In this document: positions 37,741-49,507 of the stretch, one piece after another
Position numbering within the stretch: the first letter of the stretch is position 1
Layout of the letters: each line of letters starts with the position of its first letter
Origin: Bryobacteraceae bacterium
GTDB taxonomy: Bacteria > Acidobacteriota > Terriglobia > Bryobacterales > Bryobacteraceae
NCBI GenBank assembly: GCA_050014595.1
Contig: JBEKDA010000036.1
Coordinates: 1-59,111, forward strand
Direction of reading: 5' to 3'
Length of the DNA: 59,111 nt
Translations under genes and position numbers: made by a program
The notes under the pieces: generated by a model
What the model saw: only the letters and a program-made list of their open reading frames with translations
Database searches by the model: none
What the model was told of the DNA's origin: nothing

Positions 37741-39851
37741 ATGAGAAAGCGCCTGTTGTACTGGTTCGCGGCGGTCTTGCTGGTCATCTCGGTGGTGCTC
37801 GTGGTGTGGCAGGGCTCGTTCGGGCTGCGCCAATTCGGGCTGAGCCCGTTCGATCATCCCAGCCCCGGCCAGACGCTGATTTTCTGGGCGATCTCCATCC
37901 TGATCATCATCCTGATGCTCACGCTCGGCTGGATCCTGTTCCGGACCGGCATCAAGCTCTACATCGAGCGCCAAAGCAACCAGGAAGGTTCCCGTATCCG
38001 CACCAAGCTGGTGGTGGGCGCCCTGGCGCTCAGCAGCCTGCCGGTTTTCTGCCTGCTGCTGTTCAGCTACGAAGTCATGAACGTCAACCTGAAGGGTTGG
38101 TTCACCGAGCCGGTTCAACAGCAGGTGGATGTTTTCGTCGGCCTGGCTACCACGCTCCACAAGGAAGTGCAGGACGAGACCGACGCCCAGGCGGCCTTGC
38201 TCGCCGCGCAACCGGAGACCCGCCAACTGCTGGCCGGCGGCATCCGCACCCCGGGCTTTTTGGAGCGATTCTGCAAGGATCAGGAACTCGAATCGGCAGC
38301 CATTTTCCCATCCCAGGGAGGGCCGCCGCTGGACTCCTGGGGGCCATACAGTGCCCGCACGGATGCCGACCGTGAAGTGAACGCGGACTACTTCGTGCGC
38401 AACGGCCCGGACGTCGCCGGATCCGTGGTGCTGAGGGCGCGCATTCCGCTCGACACCGCCACTGAAAGAGCGCATATCGACCAATGGGTCGGCGAGTGGC
38501 ACCAGATTTTCGCCCAGCGTAAGGATGTTCGCCGCGTCACCACCATGCTGATGGTGCTGATCGGTCTGTTTGTGCTGTTCGTGGCTGTCTGGCTCGCGCT
38601 GTTCCTGGCGAAACAGATCAGCGTGCCGATTACCGCCATGCTGGAGGCTGCCAGCCAGGTGCGGGCGGGCAACCTGAAGCACCGGCTGCGGGTCAAAGCC
38701 GTCGACGAGCTGGGCTCTTTGGTGCGCGGCTTCAACCAGATGACCGAAGAGCTGGAGACCAAGACCGCCGAACTCGACAGCCGCCGCCGGTTCACCGAGG
38801 CCATCCTCGAAAGCATTCCCACGGGCGTTCTTTCGATTGGCGCCGATGGCTCGCTGCAGCGCGTTAACCAGGCGTTGTCGAAAATCTTTCCTCCGGACCA
38901 AGTGGCGCGGGCCGGCCGCCTGGAAGACCTCTTCTCCCGCGAAGACACCACCGAGATCAAGTACCTCATGAAGCGGGCCCGCCGCACCGGCCTGGCGGTT
39001 GGACAACTGGAACTGGCCACCGAGAGCCGCAAGCTGCACCTGGCGGTGACGGTTTCGGCGATTGAAGAGAAGCTAACCTCCGGATTCGTGGTGGTGCTCG
39101 AGGACACCAGCGAGCTGTTGCGCGCCCAGAAAGCCGCGGCGTGGCACGAGGTGGCGCGGCGCGTGGCGCACGAAATCAAGAACCCGCTCACCCCCATCGC
39201 GCTCTCGGCGGAACGCATGGCCCGCCAGCTCGACCGCGTGGACCTGCCGCCCTCGACCGGCCGCATCCTGCGCGAGTGCGCCGAGACCATCTCGAAATCG
39301 GTCGATTCGGTCAAGACTCTGGTGGACGAGTTTTCGCAGTTCGCGCGGTTTCCCTCCGCGCAGCCGGTGCGTTGCGATCTCAATGAAGTGGTGCGGGGCG
39401 CGCTGGCCATCTTCCAGGGCCGCCTGGACGGCATTTCCATGCAGACCAGTTTTGCCGCCGGGTTGCCGCCCGTAAACCTCGACCGCGAGCAGTTTCAAAG
39501 AGTGGTGGTGAACCTGGTGGACAACGCCGCCGAAGCCATGCAGGAGGCGCTCGTCAAGAAACTCTACATCGCCACCCAGGCCGGCGGGGCCGATACCGTG
39601 GAGTTGGTGGTGGCGGATTCCGGCTGCGGCGTCAGCGCGGACGAAAAGGAGAAACTGTTTCTGCCCTATTTTTCGACCAAGAATCGCGGCACGGGCCTCG
39701 GCCTCGCCATCGTGAGCCACATTGTGGCGGAGCATGGCGCGCACATCCGCGTGGAAGATAACCGGCCGGTGGGCGCGCGCTTCACCGTCGAGATCCCCAT
39801 CCTGGCGGAGCCGGAGGCGGCCGAGAGCGGGGCTCCGGCGGCGGCCCGCGT

Positions 39852-39855
<4 letters not shown>
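37741..39855 (+). CDS. NtrY-like sensor histidine kinase (TM sensor + HAMP + PAS + HisKA + HATPase)
   Basis: N-terminal TM segments; HAMP (…VRAGNLKHRLRV…); PAS-like region; H-box HEIKNPLTPIALSAE; N/G boxes (VVNLVDNAAEAM, DSGCGV…GTGLGLAIV). Confidence 0.8.
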
Positions 39856-41213
<1,358 letters not shown>

Positions 41214-41315
41214 GGGGACGTGATGGACGGCTCGTAACTAGCCGTATATGGTCATGTGACCCGGTATGGTCAGGCCACCAATTGCCCTCTTCACCGGGAA
41301 ACCAGCGGCGAATTC

Positions 41316-41702
41316 CTATGCTTGCGGAATATCCGTCCTTTTGAAACCCTCGCCGGTCGAAAGCAACGGCATGCCTGCGACCGATGCGACCGCATACGAC
41401 ATGCAGTCCCCGAAGTTCAAAGCGGCGGGATGGCGGCCCCGTCCGAACCGGATAAACGCGGTTGCCGCGGCGTCGAGGTGTTCCTCGTTGAACGGTATCA
41501 CCTCGGCTTCCACGCGGCGCAGAAAAGCCAAGATCGTCGGACGGGCATCCTGTCCCAGCCGCGCGGTCAATACCATTGCTGTTTCGAGTAGAGTGGGTAC
41601 TCCCACCACCACCACTTCGGCAGCGTCGATTTTATCGATCAGCCGTTCGTGGCCCGGCTCCCGCAAGTGAATGGCGACGATGGTGGAACTGTCCAGAACC
41701 AT
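41316..41702 (-). CDS. vapC: VapC-family PIN-domain toxin
   Basis: MVLDSSTIVAIHL…D…VVVVGVPTLLETAMVL…FGDCMSYAVASVAGMPLLSTGEGF carries the PIN acidic residues and the typical VapC C-terminus. Confidence 0.8.
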   Translation of the reverse strand: MVLDSSTIVAIHLREPGHERLIDKIDAAEVVVVGVPTLLETAMVLTARLGQDARPTILAFLRRVEAEVIPFNEEHLDAAATAFIRFGRGRHPAALNFGDCMSYAVASVAGMPLLSTGEGFKRTDIPQA

Positions 41703-41705
41703 GCC

Positions 41706-41978
41706 TCAGTAACCTTCCGCCCCATAGCCCAGGATCTGGTCTTCTTCCTCGCGACTCATCACCCGCCCCAACTCGGCGGCCGGCACCATGGGCCAAACGT
41801 TCTGTTCTGGGCATTCCCGCCGGCTCTTACGGCCGCCGGGTTTACCGGCCCGGGCCTGGAGTCGGGCCCGGCGCTCAACCAGTGCCCGCCTGATGGCTTC
41901 GGTCTTGGTTTCATGGGCCAGGCTCGCTACTTCACTGGCCAGCCTTTCGACGTCGAGGTTTTTGATGTTTAGCGCCAT
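41706..41978 (-). CDS. vapB: VapB-type antitoxin
   Basis: MALNIKNLDVERLASEVASLAHETKTEAIRRALVERRARL matches the VapB (Rv0623-like) antitoxin N-terminus. Ends 4 nt before vapC. Confidence 0.65.
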   Translation of the reverse strand: MALNIKNLDVERLASEVASLAHETKTEAIRRALVERRARLQARAGKPGGRKSRRECPEQNVWPMVPAAELGRVMSREEEDQILGYGAEGY

Positions 41979-42236
41979 GGTAGAAAGATGCCTATAATCT
42001 ACCATTTTCTACCTTACGTCAAAGTCAAAATGACCCCGTTTCTTCCCGTCCTGCGCTTGTCCTATTAGGAGGGGTTCTCAACTTAAATGAAACGGATCAA
42101 TCGGAAGACCCCTTGCTTTTCGAGGCAGACTGGCGCCGGGTATCGCCAAAGGGTGTTCGAAACGAAAATCCCGGACTGAAACCGGACCGGGTCCAAGAAT
42201 GGAAATTCCGGTTTCAAACAGAAGGAGAAAGTTCAA

Positions 42237-44666
42237 ATGAAATCGACTTATCTGGTGCGTGTGGTTTCCGCTCTGGTTCTTATGTCGGCGGCACTGACCG
42301 CCCAAACCGCACGGGGGCGTGTTGAGGTTCCCGTCCAGAACTGGGCCACTCCGCTGTACTGGCAGCCAAACCAGGCGGAGAGACAAGCCGCCGCGACAGC
42401 CTCGCCGAATCTCGTATTTCCACCAGTGCCCGGCGTCATATCGACGGATGCTCTCATCTTTGTGGCGATGACGCCCTGCCGCCTGGTGGATACACGAGAC
42501 TCGACGGATTTCCCCCCCGGTTTTGGATTTCCCGCCGGTATAGGGAATCCCTCAGGGCCAATCACGAATTCAGGCCGAACATTCCCGGTACAAAACTTTA
42601 CATCGGTCAAAGGCAATCTTGCCTGCAGTACCCCGCTACCCTCCATCGCCCAGGCCTATTCGTTGAACCTGACGGTGGTGGCCGGCGCTGGTTCAACAGG
42701 TTACATTACGGCCTATCCGACGGTGGCGTATCCGGTCAGTCCACCCTCGGCGTCGCCGAACACTCCACCTTTAGAGGCGACCCTGACCTGGTCGGCACCC
42801 ATCGTAACCAACTCGGCCATTGTTCCGGCCGGACTAGGTGGGTCAGTGACCGTAGTCTCCGGCGGCTCCAACAACGGCACCGATCTGGTCATCGACATTA
42901 ACGGCTATTTTGCCGCGCCGACCGACCTGAATAATAACACTGCTCTCGGGTTCCAGTCGCTTCAAAGCGCTACGCCCGGCACTACCGGGACCGATAATAC
43001 CGCCGTCGGCACTATGGCACTTGCCTCCAACACCTCGGGCAGTTACAACACGGCCGTGGGCGAGTCGGCAGACGGTAACAACATTGCAGGCGGCTTCGGC
43101 GCCTTCTATGGCTACAGAGCCGGCTACCACAACGGCGGAGACTCCAATTCTTTTATTGGCTATCAGGCTGGCTTTTATAATACCGGTAGTGGGTCCGCCA
43201 GTGGCACCAGCAACTCCTTTTTTGGCCGATCCACTGGTTTCAACAGCACCACCGGAAGCTACAACACCTTCCTGGGCTCCGAGGTAGGTTACAACAACAA
43301 CGGCGGAAGCTACAACACGTATGTCGGCTACTCGGCAGGCTTGAACTCCACGGGTTCCAGCAACCTGTATCTGGCAAATCTGGGAGCTGCTAGCCTTACC
43401 GAGAGCAACGCCATCCGCTTGGGATCGAAGGGAACCGGCGCGGGTCAGCATAGCAGCGTTTTCGTCGACACCATTCTTCTGCATCCGTGGGCGTCTTTGG
43501 ACTCCCTGGTGTCCATAAACAACACAACCGGACAACTTGGGTACCTCCTCTTCCCCAATGATTCCACCAAGGTGTTGCTCGGCAATGGCACGTTTGGCAC
43601 AGGTGGAGGGCCCCAAGGACCCCCGGGACCCCAAGGACCCCAGGGAATTCCCGGCCCCGGTGTCAGCGCCAATTGCCCCCCGACAATCAATTACGTGACG
43701 AAATGGTTGAGCACTACTTCCGTAGGGTGCAGCCAAATCACTGACACGGGAACCAATGTCCTCGTCGAGAACCCAGCTCAGACTTTTCCGGCCCAGACTT
43801 TTACTGCCAGCCTCACTAACAAGCTTGCCGCCAAGATGGAGATCAAAGATCTTCAGACCAACACCCCAGGGTCAAACGCGCTGCGGTTGACCAACATTGG
43901 AATCGCTAACGGTGGTTTCGCCGAGGCGGGGCTCCTGTTTAGCCCCGGCATATCTGGTTACCCCTATGACGCGGCAAGGATCTACGCGAAGTTTAACAGC
44001 CAAAGCTCTCCCCATGGGGGTAGACTCACGCTGCAAAGCGTGGCCGGGGGCATCGCGGACAACCCCATGGTCGACACCTTGACCGCCTTCAATGGCGCGG
44101 TTGGCATTGCGACGATTCAGCCCAACTCAACCTACACCCAATCCAATGTCACGGTTAAGCTCGATGTTAACGGGTATGAGCGCCTGAATTTGCCAAACGG
44201 GGCAGGGACGATCCCAATATGCGGCTTGCAAAACGGGACTTCGGATAATGGTCAAACGGCTTATGTCCTGATGAATTGCGCCTCTTCGGGCCGCTTCAAG
44301 GAGGATATCGTGGACATGGGCGAAAACAGCAGCAAACTGCTCGAGCTGCGCCCGGTGAACTTCTATTACAAACCAGAGAACGACGATGGAAAACACCAAC
44401 TGCAGTATGGCCTCATCGCCGAGGAGGTAGCCAAGTTATATCCCGAACTGGTTGCATACGACCAGGACGGTCAGGCCTTGACGGTTAAGTATCAGGAACT
44501 CGCTCCCATGCTGCTGAACGAATTGCAGAAGCAGAACGCGCAGATTCAGAACCAGGCGCAAACCATTCAAGCGCAGCAGGAGGAGAATCGGAAACTGGAG
44601 GATCGCCTGGCGGCGCTTGAGGCTCTGTTATCCGTCAAGCTACCGGCGGCCGGGGCTCAGCGGTGA
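42237..44666 (+). CDS. Secreted 'tail fibre domain' protein: signal peptide, beta-rich repeats, short collagen-like tract, C-terminal peptidase S74 intramolecular chaperone (endosialidase-type) domain
   Basis: Signal peptide MKSTYLVRVVSALVLMSAALTAQ. Repeats of the form xYNTAVGxxA/NSFxGxxAG. GPQGPPGPQGPQGIPGPG (six G-X-Y triplets). C-terminus SGRFKEDIVDMGENSSKLLELRPVNFYYKPENDDGKHQLQYGLIAEEVAKLYPELVAYDQDGQALTVKYQELAPMLLNELQKQ matches the S74 CIMCD consensus (…DI..M…L.LRPV.F.YK…G.IAeEV….PELV..d.dG….V.Y..L.p.Li.a.qe). Confidence 0.7.
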   Translation: MKSTYLVRVVSALVLMSAALTAQTARGRVEVPVQNWATPLYWQPNQAERQAAATASPNLVFPPVPGVISTDALIFVAMTPCRLVDTRDSTDFPPGFGFPAGIGNPSGPITNSGRTFPVQNFTSVKGNLACSTPLPSIAQAYSLNLTVVAGAGSTGYITAYPTVAYPVSPPSASPNTPPLEATLTWSAPIVTNSAIVPAGLGGSVTVVSGGSNNGTDLVIDINGYFAAPTDLNNNTALGFQSLQSATPGTTGTDNTAVGTMALASNTSGSYNTAVGESADGNNIAGGFGAFYGYRAGYHNGGDSNSFIGYQAGFYNTGSGSASGTSNSFFGRSTGFNSTTGSYNTFLGSEVGYNNNGGSYNTYVGYSAGLNSTGSSNLYLANLGAASLTESNAIRLGSKGTGAGQHSSVFVDTILLHPWASLDSLVSINNTTGQLGYLLFPNDSTKVLLGNGTFGTGGGPQGPPGPQGPQGIPGPGVSANCPPTINYVTKWLSTTSVGCSQITDTGTNVLVENPAQTFPAQTFTASLTNKLAAKMEIKDLQTNTPGSNALRLTNIGIANGGFAEAGLLFSPGISGYPYDAARIYAKFNSQSSPHGGRLTLQSVAGGIADNPMVDTLTAFNGAVGIATIQPNSTYTQSNVTVKLDVNGYERLNLPNGAGTIPICGLQNGTSDNGQTAYVLMNCASSGRFKEDIVDMGENSSKLLELRPVNFYYKPENDDGKHQLQYGLIAEEVAKLYPELVAYDQDGQALTVKYQELAPMLLNELQKQNAQIQNQAQTIQAQQEENRKLEDRLAALEALLSVKLPAAGAQR

Positions 44667-44718
44667 TTCATCTTAGATCAACCAAGCGACGACTAGCGGG
44701 AGACGAGGGTGGTTAATT

Positions 44719-46401
44719 ATGCGACATAAGCTTACTTACACGATCCTCCCGGCCGCAGGTGCGGGATGGAGACTTGCTAAGATTCTGATTGTTTTGGTGA
44801 TGTCCGCGGTGTGTTGTTCTGCCGTCGAGTACACGATCGTTTGCGCGGGCGACGGAACGCTCTACATTGTTACCGACAGCGGCTATACCCAAATCAACAA
44901 CGGTTGCACCGGAGGCCCGTGGCGATTGAGAGTGAGTGCGGCCGCAACTGCCAACCCGGTGCCTGTGCCGAAAGTAATTCCGCAGTTCGTGGACGGAGCA
45001 GGCTGGGAGACGACCCTCGTATTTACCAACACGACCGCGAGCACAGCTACGGCCAGCGTGAGTTTCTATCAGGAAACCGCTGTAGGCGATGGCTCCACGC
45101 AGGCGTGGAATCCGACCTTCCTGGAGGGGAGTTCCACGCAAAACCTGAGCCTGGCCGGAGGAGCCACGCTCTTCCTCCACACACCAGGCACAAGCTCGAC
45201 CCTCGCGGAAGGCTGGGGTCAGGCAACCGTTTCGGACGGCGTGGAGGTCTACGCCGTCTTCAGCACGAAGGGCGGAGGGCAAGGCACCTCGCCCGCCGTG
45301 ATCAACGCGAACCACATTCTGCTGCCCTTCGACAACACGCCCGGTAACGTCACCGCAATTGCCGTGGCGAACCCCACGGCCGTGAGCGAAACAGTTTTCG
45401 CGTCATTCCAGAGCGAGGGCGGAGCGATTTCGCAGTCGTCCATCACCATTCCGCCCCAGGGACACAAGGCCCTCCTATTGCCGGCGCAGTTCGCGGCGAC
45501 CGCAGGGAACCATGGACTCGCCGAATTCTACACGGCAAACGGCGGCATCTCCCTGATTGGACTCCAATCTGGTGCGGGAAACTTTTTCACTACGGCTCAG
45601 ACTTATCCTCAATCCGCGGCAACTATTATCGGCGCCCCCGACCCCGAGGCGTGCTGGATCAACCCGTTTTCTCCGCCGTGCCCGCAGCCTGCAATCCTGG
45701 CGACATCGTTCGCCGCCACTATCGCCTCGATCCCGGTCCAAATCGTGATCACACCCGGTACCAACGCCGGTACGTATAACGCCGAAGTGAGCGGGACCGG
45801 CAACGGTGCAACGGTCAGCGGGTCTTTCGTCGGAGGAACAGCCACGGCTTCGGCCGGCCAGAGCACCTTCACCTTCACTTCAGTCAGTCCCGGATCCACT
45901 TTCGGCAGCGGCTCGCTGAAATTCACCTTGGCGGAAACATCCTTTGATGCGGCTGCCGGCGTGGCCGTGGGGAACGCTACCGGCTCGTTAACGTTGAACA
46001 ACCTCGGAACTACCGCAATCAGTGGCCCCTACACCGCGGTTGTCTCGGTGCAATCCAGCGTGCCGGCGCCGGTTTTGACCCTCTCCCTGCAATCGCGTCC
46101 GACCGGTTCGGCGAATCTCTCTATGGCGGTGACGAATTCGGGAGGTGCGACGGCGACAAACGTGACCGTGACGGCGATCACAGCCATCACGGCTACCGGC
46201 GCCACCCTCGTCTATAACCCCGGACTCCTGGCGATTCCGTTCGTCATTCCGGGAGCAGCCTCGCTGGCTCCGGGCGCCACCTCAGGTTTCAATCTGAACT
46301 TCACGGCAACCTCTGGCAGCGCTGGAGCACCGTTCAGCTTCGTTATCACGGTGAAGGCGGATAACGTCGCGCCGTTTACGACGACCATCAATGTGAACTG
46401 A
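44719..46401 (+). CDS. Ser/Thr/Gly-rich beta-rich protein, function unknown. Putatively secreted, but no clear signal peptide was seen. 52 nt downstream of the tail-fibre-like gene.
   Basis: Long, low-charge, S/T/G/A-rich sequence (…TFTFTSVSPGSTFGSGSLKFTLAETSF…VTVTAITAITATGATLVYNPG…) consistent with Ig-like/beta-sandwich repeats. No catalytic motif recognised. Confidence 0.4.
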   Translation: MRHKLTYTILPAAGAGWRLAKILIVLVMSAVCCSAVEYTIVCAGDGTLYIVTDSGYTQINNGCTGGPWRLRVSAAATANPVPVPKVIPQFVDGAGWETTLVFTNTTASTATASVSFYQETAVGDGSTQAWNPTFLEGSSTQNLSLAGGATLFLHTPGTSSTLAEGWGQATVSDGVEVYAVFSTKGGGQGTSPAVINANHILLPFDNTPGNVTAIAVANPTAVSETVFASFQSEGGAISQSSITIPPQGHKALLLPAQFAATAGNHGLAEFYTANGGISLIGLQSGAGNFFTTAQTYPQSAATIIGAPDPEACWINPFSPPCPQPAILATSFAATIASIPVQIVITPGTNAGTYNAEVSGTGNGATVSGSFVGGTATASAGQSTFTFTSVSPGSTFGSGSLKFTLAETSFDAAAGVAVGNATGSLTLNNLGTTAISGPYTAVVSVQSSVPAPVLTLSLQSRPTGSANLSMAVTNSGGATATNVTVTAITAITATGATLVYNPGLLAIPFVIPGAASLAPGATSGFNLNFTATSGSAGAPFSFVITVKADNVAPFTTTINVN

Positions 46402-46482
46402 TCGACCGCTCGTACCCGGCAAGCGCCGGCTGAAAAGCCGGCGGCAGCCAGGATTGGCTGCCCCACAAACCCCGGCGGACCC

Positions 46483-47226
46483 TCACCGGCATTTTCCCGC
46501 CGAACCGGCGCGGTAAATCGCCTGGATCTCGGCCGCCGTATGCGCCCGGTGATAGAAGCTGAGCTCGTCCATTTCGCCTTCGAAATAGAGATCGTTTCTG
46601 GGCATCGACTGGTTGGCGTGGTGGCGGCCGAGCCAGAGCGGAGCCGCGACATCGAGATCCACCAGCGGCGCCATGCGTGTGCCCACATCGGTCTGCTTGA
46701 CTCCGTCGACATAGATCCACAGAGGCTGCGGCGGCAGGCGCTGCGCCACACCCGCCACATGGTGCCAGCGATGGTCGGCGACATTCACCGCATGGGCGAC
46801 CGCGGAAGCCGCCTTATCGCCGTTGGCGACCTGAAAGCCCGGATGACCATTCCAGATGTAGATCAGGTAACCCAGCGGCCCATGGTCGCGCTTGTCCACC
46901 AGGCTCCGCGTAGTCAGGGAATCGGCCGTGCGGATCCAAAGCTCGATAGTGAAGTCGTCGTCACCCATATCAAGACCGGGGGTAGCGGCGGGCAACTCGA
47001 AGTACTGGTCCTTGCCGTTGAACCGGACCGCCGAACCGACTTGGCCGGGGACCTGCCAGGGACGGAATTGCGGCTCGTCGAACGTAAACCACGCCGACAG
47101 TCCGGCCGGCACGGGTGCGCAGCGGGGCTGCGCACAGAGGGGCAGGCCGAGGACCGCGAATCCCGCCCACCAGCAGAGATTAATACACCAGCGTGAGTTT
47201 GATGTAGTCGACGGTAGTGTCATCTT
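46483..47226 (-). CDS. Secreted LamG-like (concanavalin-A-like lectin/glucanase) domain protein
   Basis: Signal-like WCINLCWWAGFAVLGLPLCAQ. The LamG_3-type core: DDDFTIELWIRT…LVDKRD…GYLIYIWNGHPGFQVANG…HRWHHVAGV…LWIYVDGV…GEMDELSFYHRAHTAAEIQAIY. Confidence 0.6.
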   Translation of the reverse strand, partial: KMTLPSTTSNSRWCINLCWWAGFAVLGLPLCAQPRCAPVPAGLSAWFTFDEPQFRPWQVPGQVGSAVRFNGKDQYFELPAATPGLDMGDDDFTIELWIRTADSLTTRSLVDKRDHGPLGYLIYIWNGHPGFQVANGDKAASAVAHAVNVADHRWHHVAGVAQRLPPQPLWIYVDGVKQTDVGTRMAPLVDLDVAAPLWLGRHHANQSMPRNDLYFEGEMDELSFYHRAHTAAEIQAIYRAGSAGKCR

Positions 47227-49507
47227 GAATCGTGAAATCCAGCGATGTGATCTTCTTTCCCACTTGGGCGCGCTGCACATCGAGCAGGAACTCCCGCGTG
47301 ATCGTGAGGGTCAACAAACGCTCCGAAACGCCCGGTGAATCCACCCAGAGAGGATAGGGTGGCGCTGAGACCAGGCGCCCCCCACCCCACGTCAGGGTAT
47401 CGTTTTCATAGCCGGAAATGCCCTTTCGAATGCGGGTCTCCAGACGGCCTTCGCAGAAATTGAGCGGCGGCAGGATCAGGGAGACGAACAGCGCCTGGTC
47501 GTCGCGCAACTCGTCGAATTGTTTGAGGCGGCCGTTCTTTGGCCAATCCGAAACGGAGGCGAGATCCGGATTGACATAGGGGATGGGATCAAAAGGCAAA
47601 GCGAAGTGGTCGTCTTCGCCCGCCATAATGGTGACGGAGCGCTCACAGGGGCCGTACCCGGAGCCCGCTGGACGCGGCAAAAAGCCGAGCAGCGACGGCA
47701 GATCGCGGCGCGCCAGGTCGGCATCGCCACTCTGCACGCGCGCGAAACCGCGGCGCGCGGAAACAGCCCGGACCATCTCCGCGTCGCCCGCGGCGCCGAA
47801 GTAGGTTTCGGCAAGCAGGAATTCGCGCTCGGCTTCCTTCCAGCGGTTTTCTTTGGTGTATCCCATGGCGAGCCGCAGGTGCGCAGCCGGCTGGTTCGGC
47901 GATTTGACCGCGACCTGTTTCCAATGCGCCCCGGCTTCTGGCCGTCCGAGTTGGTCTTCGAGCAGCGCCAGATCGGCCAGCGCGATGGGTTGCCCGGTGG
48001 CCATGGCCCTCCGCTCCAGCAGCACGCGCGCGGCTTCGCCCTGGCCGGCCAACTGCGATCCGACAGCCTGTGCGAACTGCCGGTCTGGTTCGGGCTGAAG
48101 CGGCTTGTAGAGCGCGCGATTCAATTCGTCCCGCGCTTTTCCTTCGAAGCCCGCAGTGTGCCACGCCAGCGCCAGATAAGCATGAGCCACGGCGGGAAGC
48201 CGATGCTGCGCCAGGGCGCGCTCCAGCCGGCGCGCGGCTTCCACCGGTTCGCCGGCCTGCAGGTTATATATACCCTCCTGCCAATCGGCGACGGCTTCGG
48301 CGCGCGGCTCCGGGGGCCAGAGCCACCAGGCAGCGGCCGCCAGAAAGCCAAGGGCCGACGCCGCGGCGGCGAGCTTGAGTTTGCCGCCATGCCGGCGGCG
48401 CAACAGCTTCCACATCAGGCGGCGCGGGCTGCGCGTCTCCAGGTGGGTGAGGATCTCGCGAACGTCCTGGAATCGCTTCTTGGGCTCAGGCTCCAGACAC
48501 TGGCGCAGGGCGGCACGCCAGGTGGGGCGCAGGGCGGGCGCCAGTGTCTCAGGTGCGACCGGGCGCTCGCGCGACTTCTTCACCGCCATAGCCAGAGGCG
48601 AGCTCTCGGCGTATGGAAGCTCGCCGGTGACCATCTCATAGAGCACCACGCCCAGCGCATAGATGTCGGCGGCCGGACCCACTCGGCCACCCTGGATCTG
48701 TTCCGGCGCCATGTAAGCGGGCGTGCCATAAGCGGCCATGGTGGCGGGCGACCAGGTGGAGGCGGTGGCGCGGCTGTCCGGCGGGATGGGCCGGGCGAGA
48801 CCGAAATCGGTCACCACGGCGCGGGGCGGGCCATCGGCGCGCGGCACGATCATGACGTTGCCGCTCTTAAAATCGCGGTGGACCACGCCGGCCTGGTGCG
48901 CAGCCGCCAGTGCGGCCACCATCTGGCGAAGCAGGGGCAGCGCCTGGCGTTCGGTGAGCGCGCCATCGCGGCGCAGCTTCTGGGTCAAGGTCTCTCCACC
49001 AAGCAGTTCCATGGTGAGGAAAACCACGGGGCTGCCGGACATGCTTTGGGTTTCCACCAGGTCGAACACGCGGCACACGTTGGGATGCTGGATGCGCCGC
49101 GCGGCTTGGACTTCGCGCTTCAGCCAGAAGACGTGGTCGGCGCTGGCCAACTCGCCGCGGACGGCTTTGACGGCGACGCGAGAACCCAGTTCCAGGTCTT
49201 CGGCCTCGTACACCTCGCCCATTCCTCCCACGGCGATGAAGCGCACGATTTCATAGCGTCCGGCGAGCACTTCCCCCTGGTAGAAGACCTGGTCCCCGGC
49301 GGCCGCCTGAACCAGGTTGCCGCGCGGCTTCAGCGCCGCCAGCCGCTCTTCCGCGCCGTCATCGAGTTGCAGCAGGCGCAGAACCTCGCGCTCCATTTCG
49401 GAGTCGGCGCCAGCGCACTGCCGGACGTACGCGGCCCGGTCGGCTGCGGGCTTTTCGGAGGCATCGGCGAAGATCTCTTTGACCCGTGGCCACGTTTCCG
49501 GATTCAC
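47180..49507 (-). CDS. Ser/Thr protein kinase with ECF-associated N-terminal segment, single TM, TPR-like periplasmic region and an uncharacterised ~230-aa C-terminal domain
   Basis: Hanks kinase motifs (GGMGEVYEA, VAVK, HRDFKSGNVMI, DFGLA, TPAYMAPE). N-terminal PETWPRVKEIFADASEKPAADRAAYVRQ…EREVLRLL. TM LKLAAAASALGFLAAAAWWLW. The GTG start at 49507 overlaps the sigma-factor stop (GTGA). Confidence 0.8.
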   Translation of the reverse strand: MNPETWPRVKEIFADASEKPAADRAAYVRQCAGADSEMEREVLRLLQLDDGAEERLAALKPRGNLVQAAAGDQVFYQGEVLAGRYEIVRFIAVGGMGEVYEAEDLELGSRVAVKAVRGELASADHVFWLKREVQAARRIQHPNVCRVFDLVETQSMSGSPVVFLTMELLGGETLTQKLRRDGALTERQALPLLRQMVAALAAAHQAGVVHRDFKSGNVMIVPRADGPPRAVVTDFGLARPIPPDSRATASTWSPATMAAYGTPAYMAPEQIQGGRVGPAADIYALGVVLYEMVTGELPYAESSPLAMAVKKSRERPVAPETLAPALRPTWRAALRQCLEPEPKKRFQDVREILTHLETRSPRRLMWKLLRRRHGGKLKLAAAASALGFLAAAAWWLWPPEPRAEAVADWQEGIYNLQAGEPVEAARRLERALAQHRLPAVAHAYLALAWHTAGFEGKARDELNRALYKPLQPEPDRQFAQAVGSQLAGQGEAARVLLERRAMATGQPIALADLALLEDQLGRPEAGAHWKQVAVKSPNQPAAHLRLAMGYTKENRWKEAEREFLLAETYFGAAGDAEMVRAVSARRGFARVQSGDADLARRDLPSLLGFLPRPAGSGYGPCERSVTIMAGEDDHFALPFDPIPYVNPDLASVSDWPKNGRLKQFDELRDDQALFVSLILPPLNFCEGRLETRIRKGISGYENDTLTWGGGRLVSAPPYPLWVDSPGVSERLLTLTITREFLLDVQRAQVGKKITSLDFTIQDDTTVDYIKLTLVY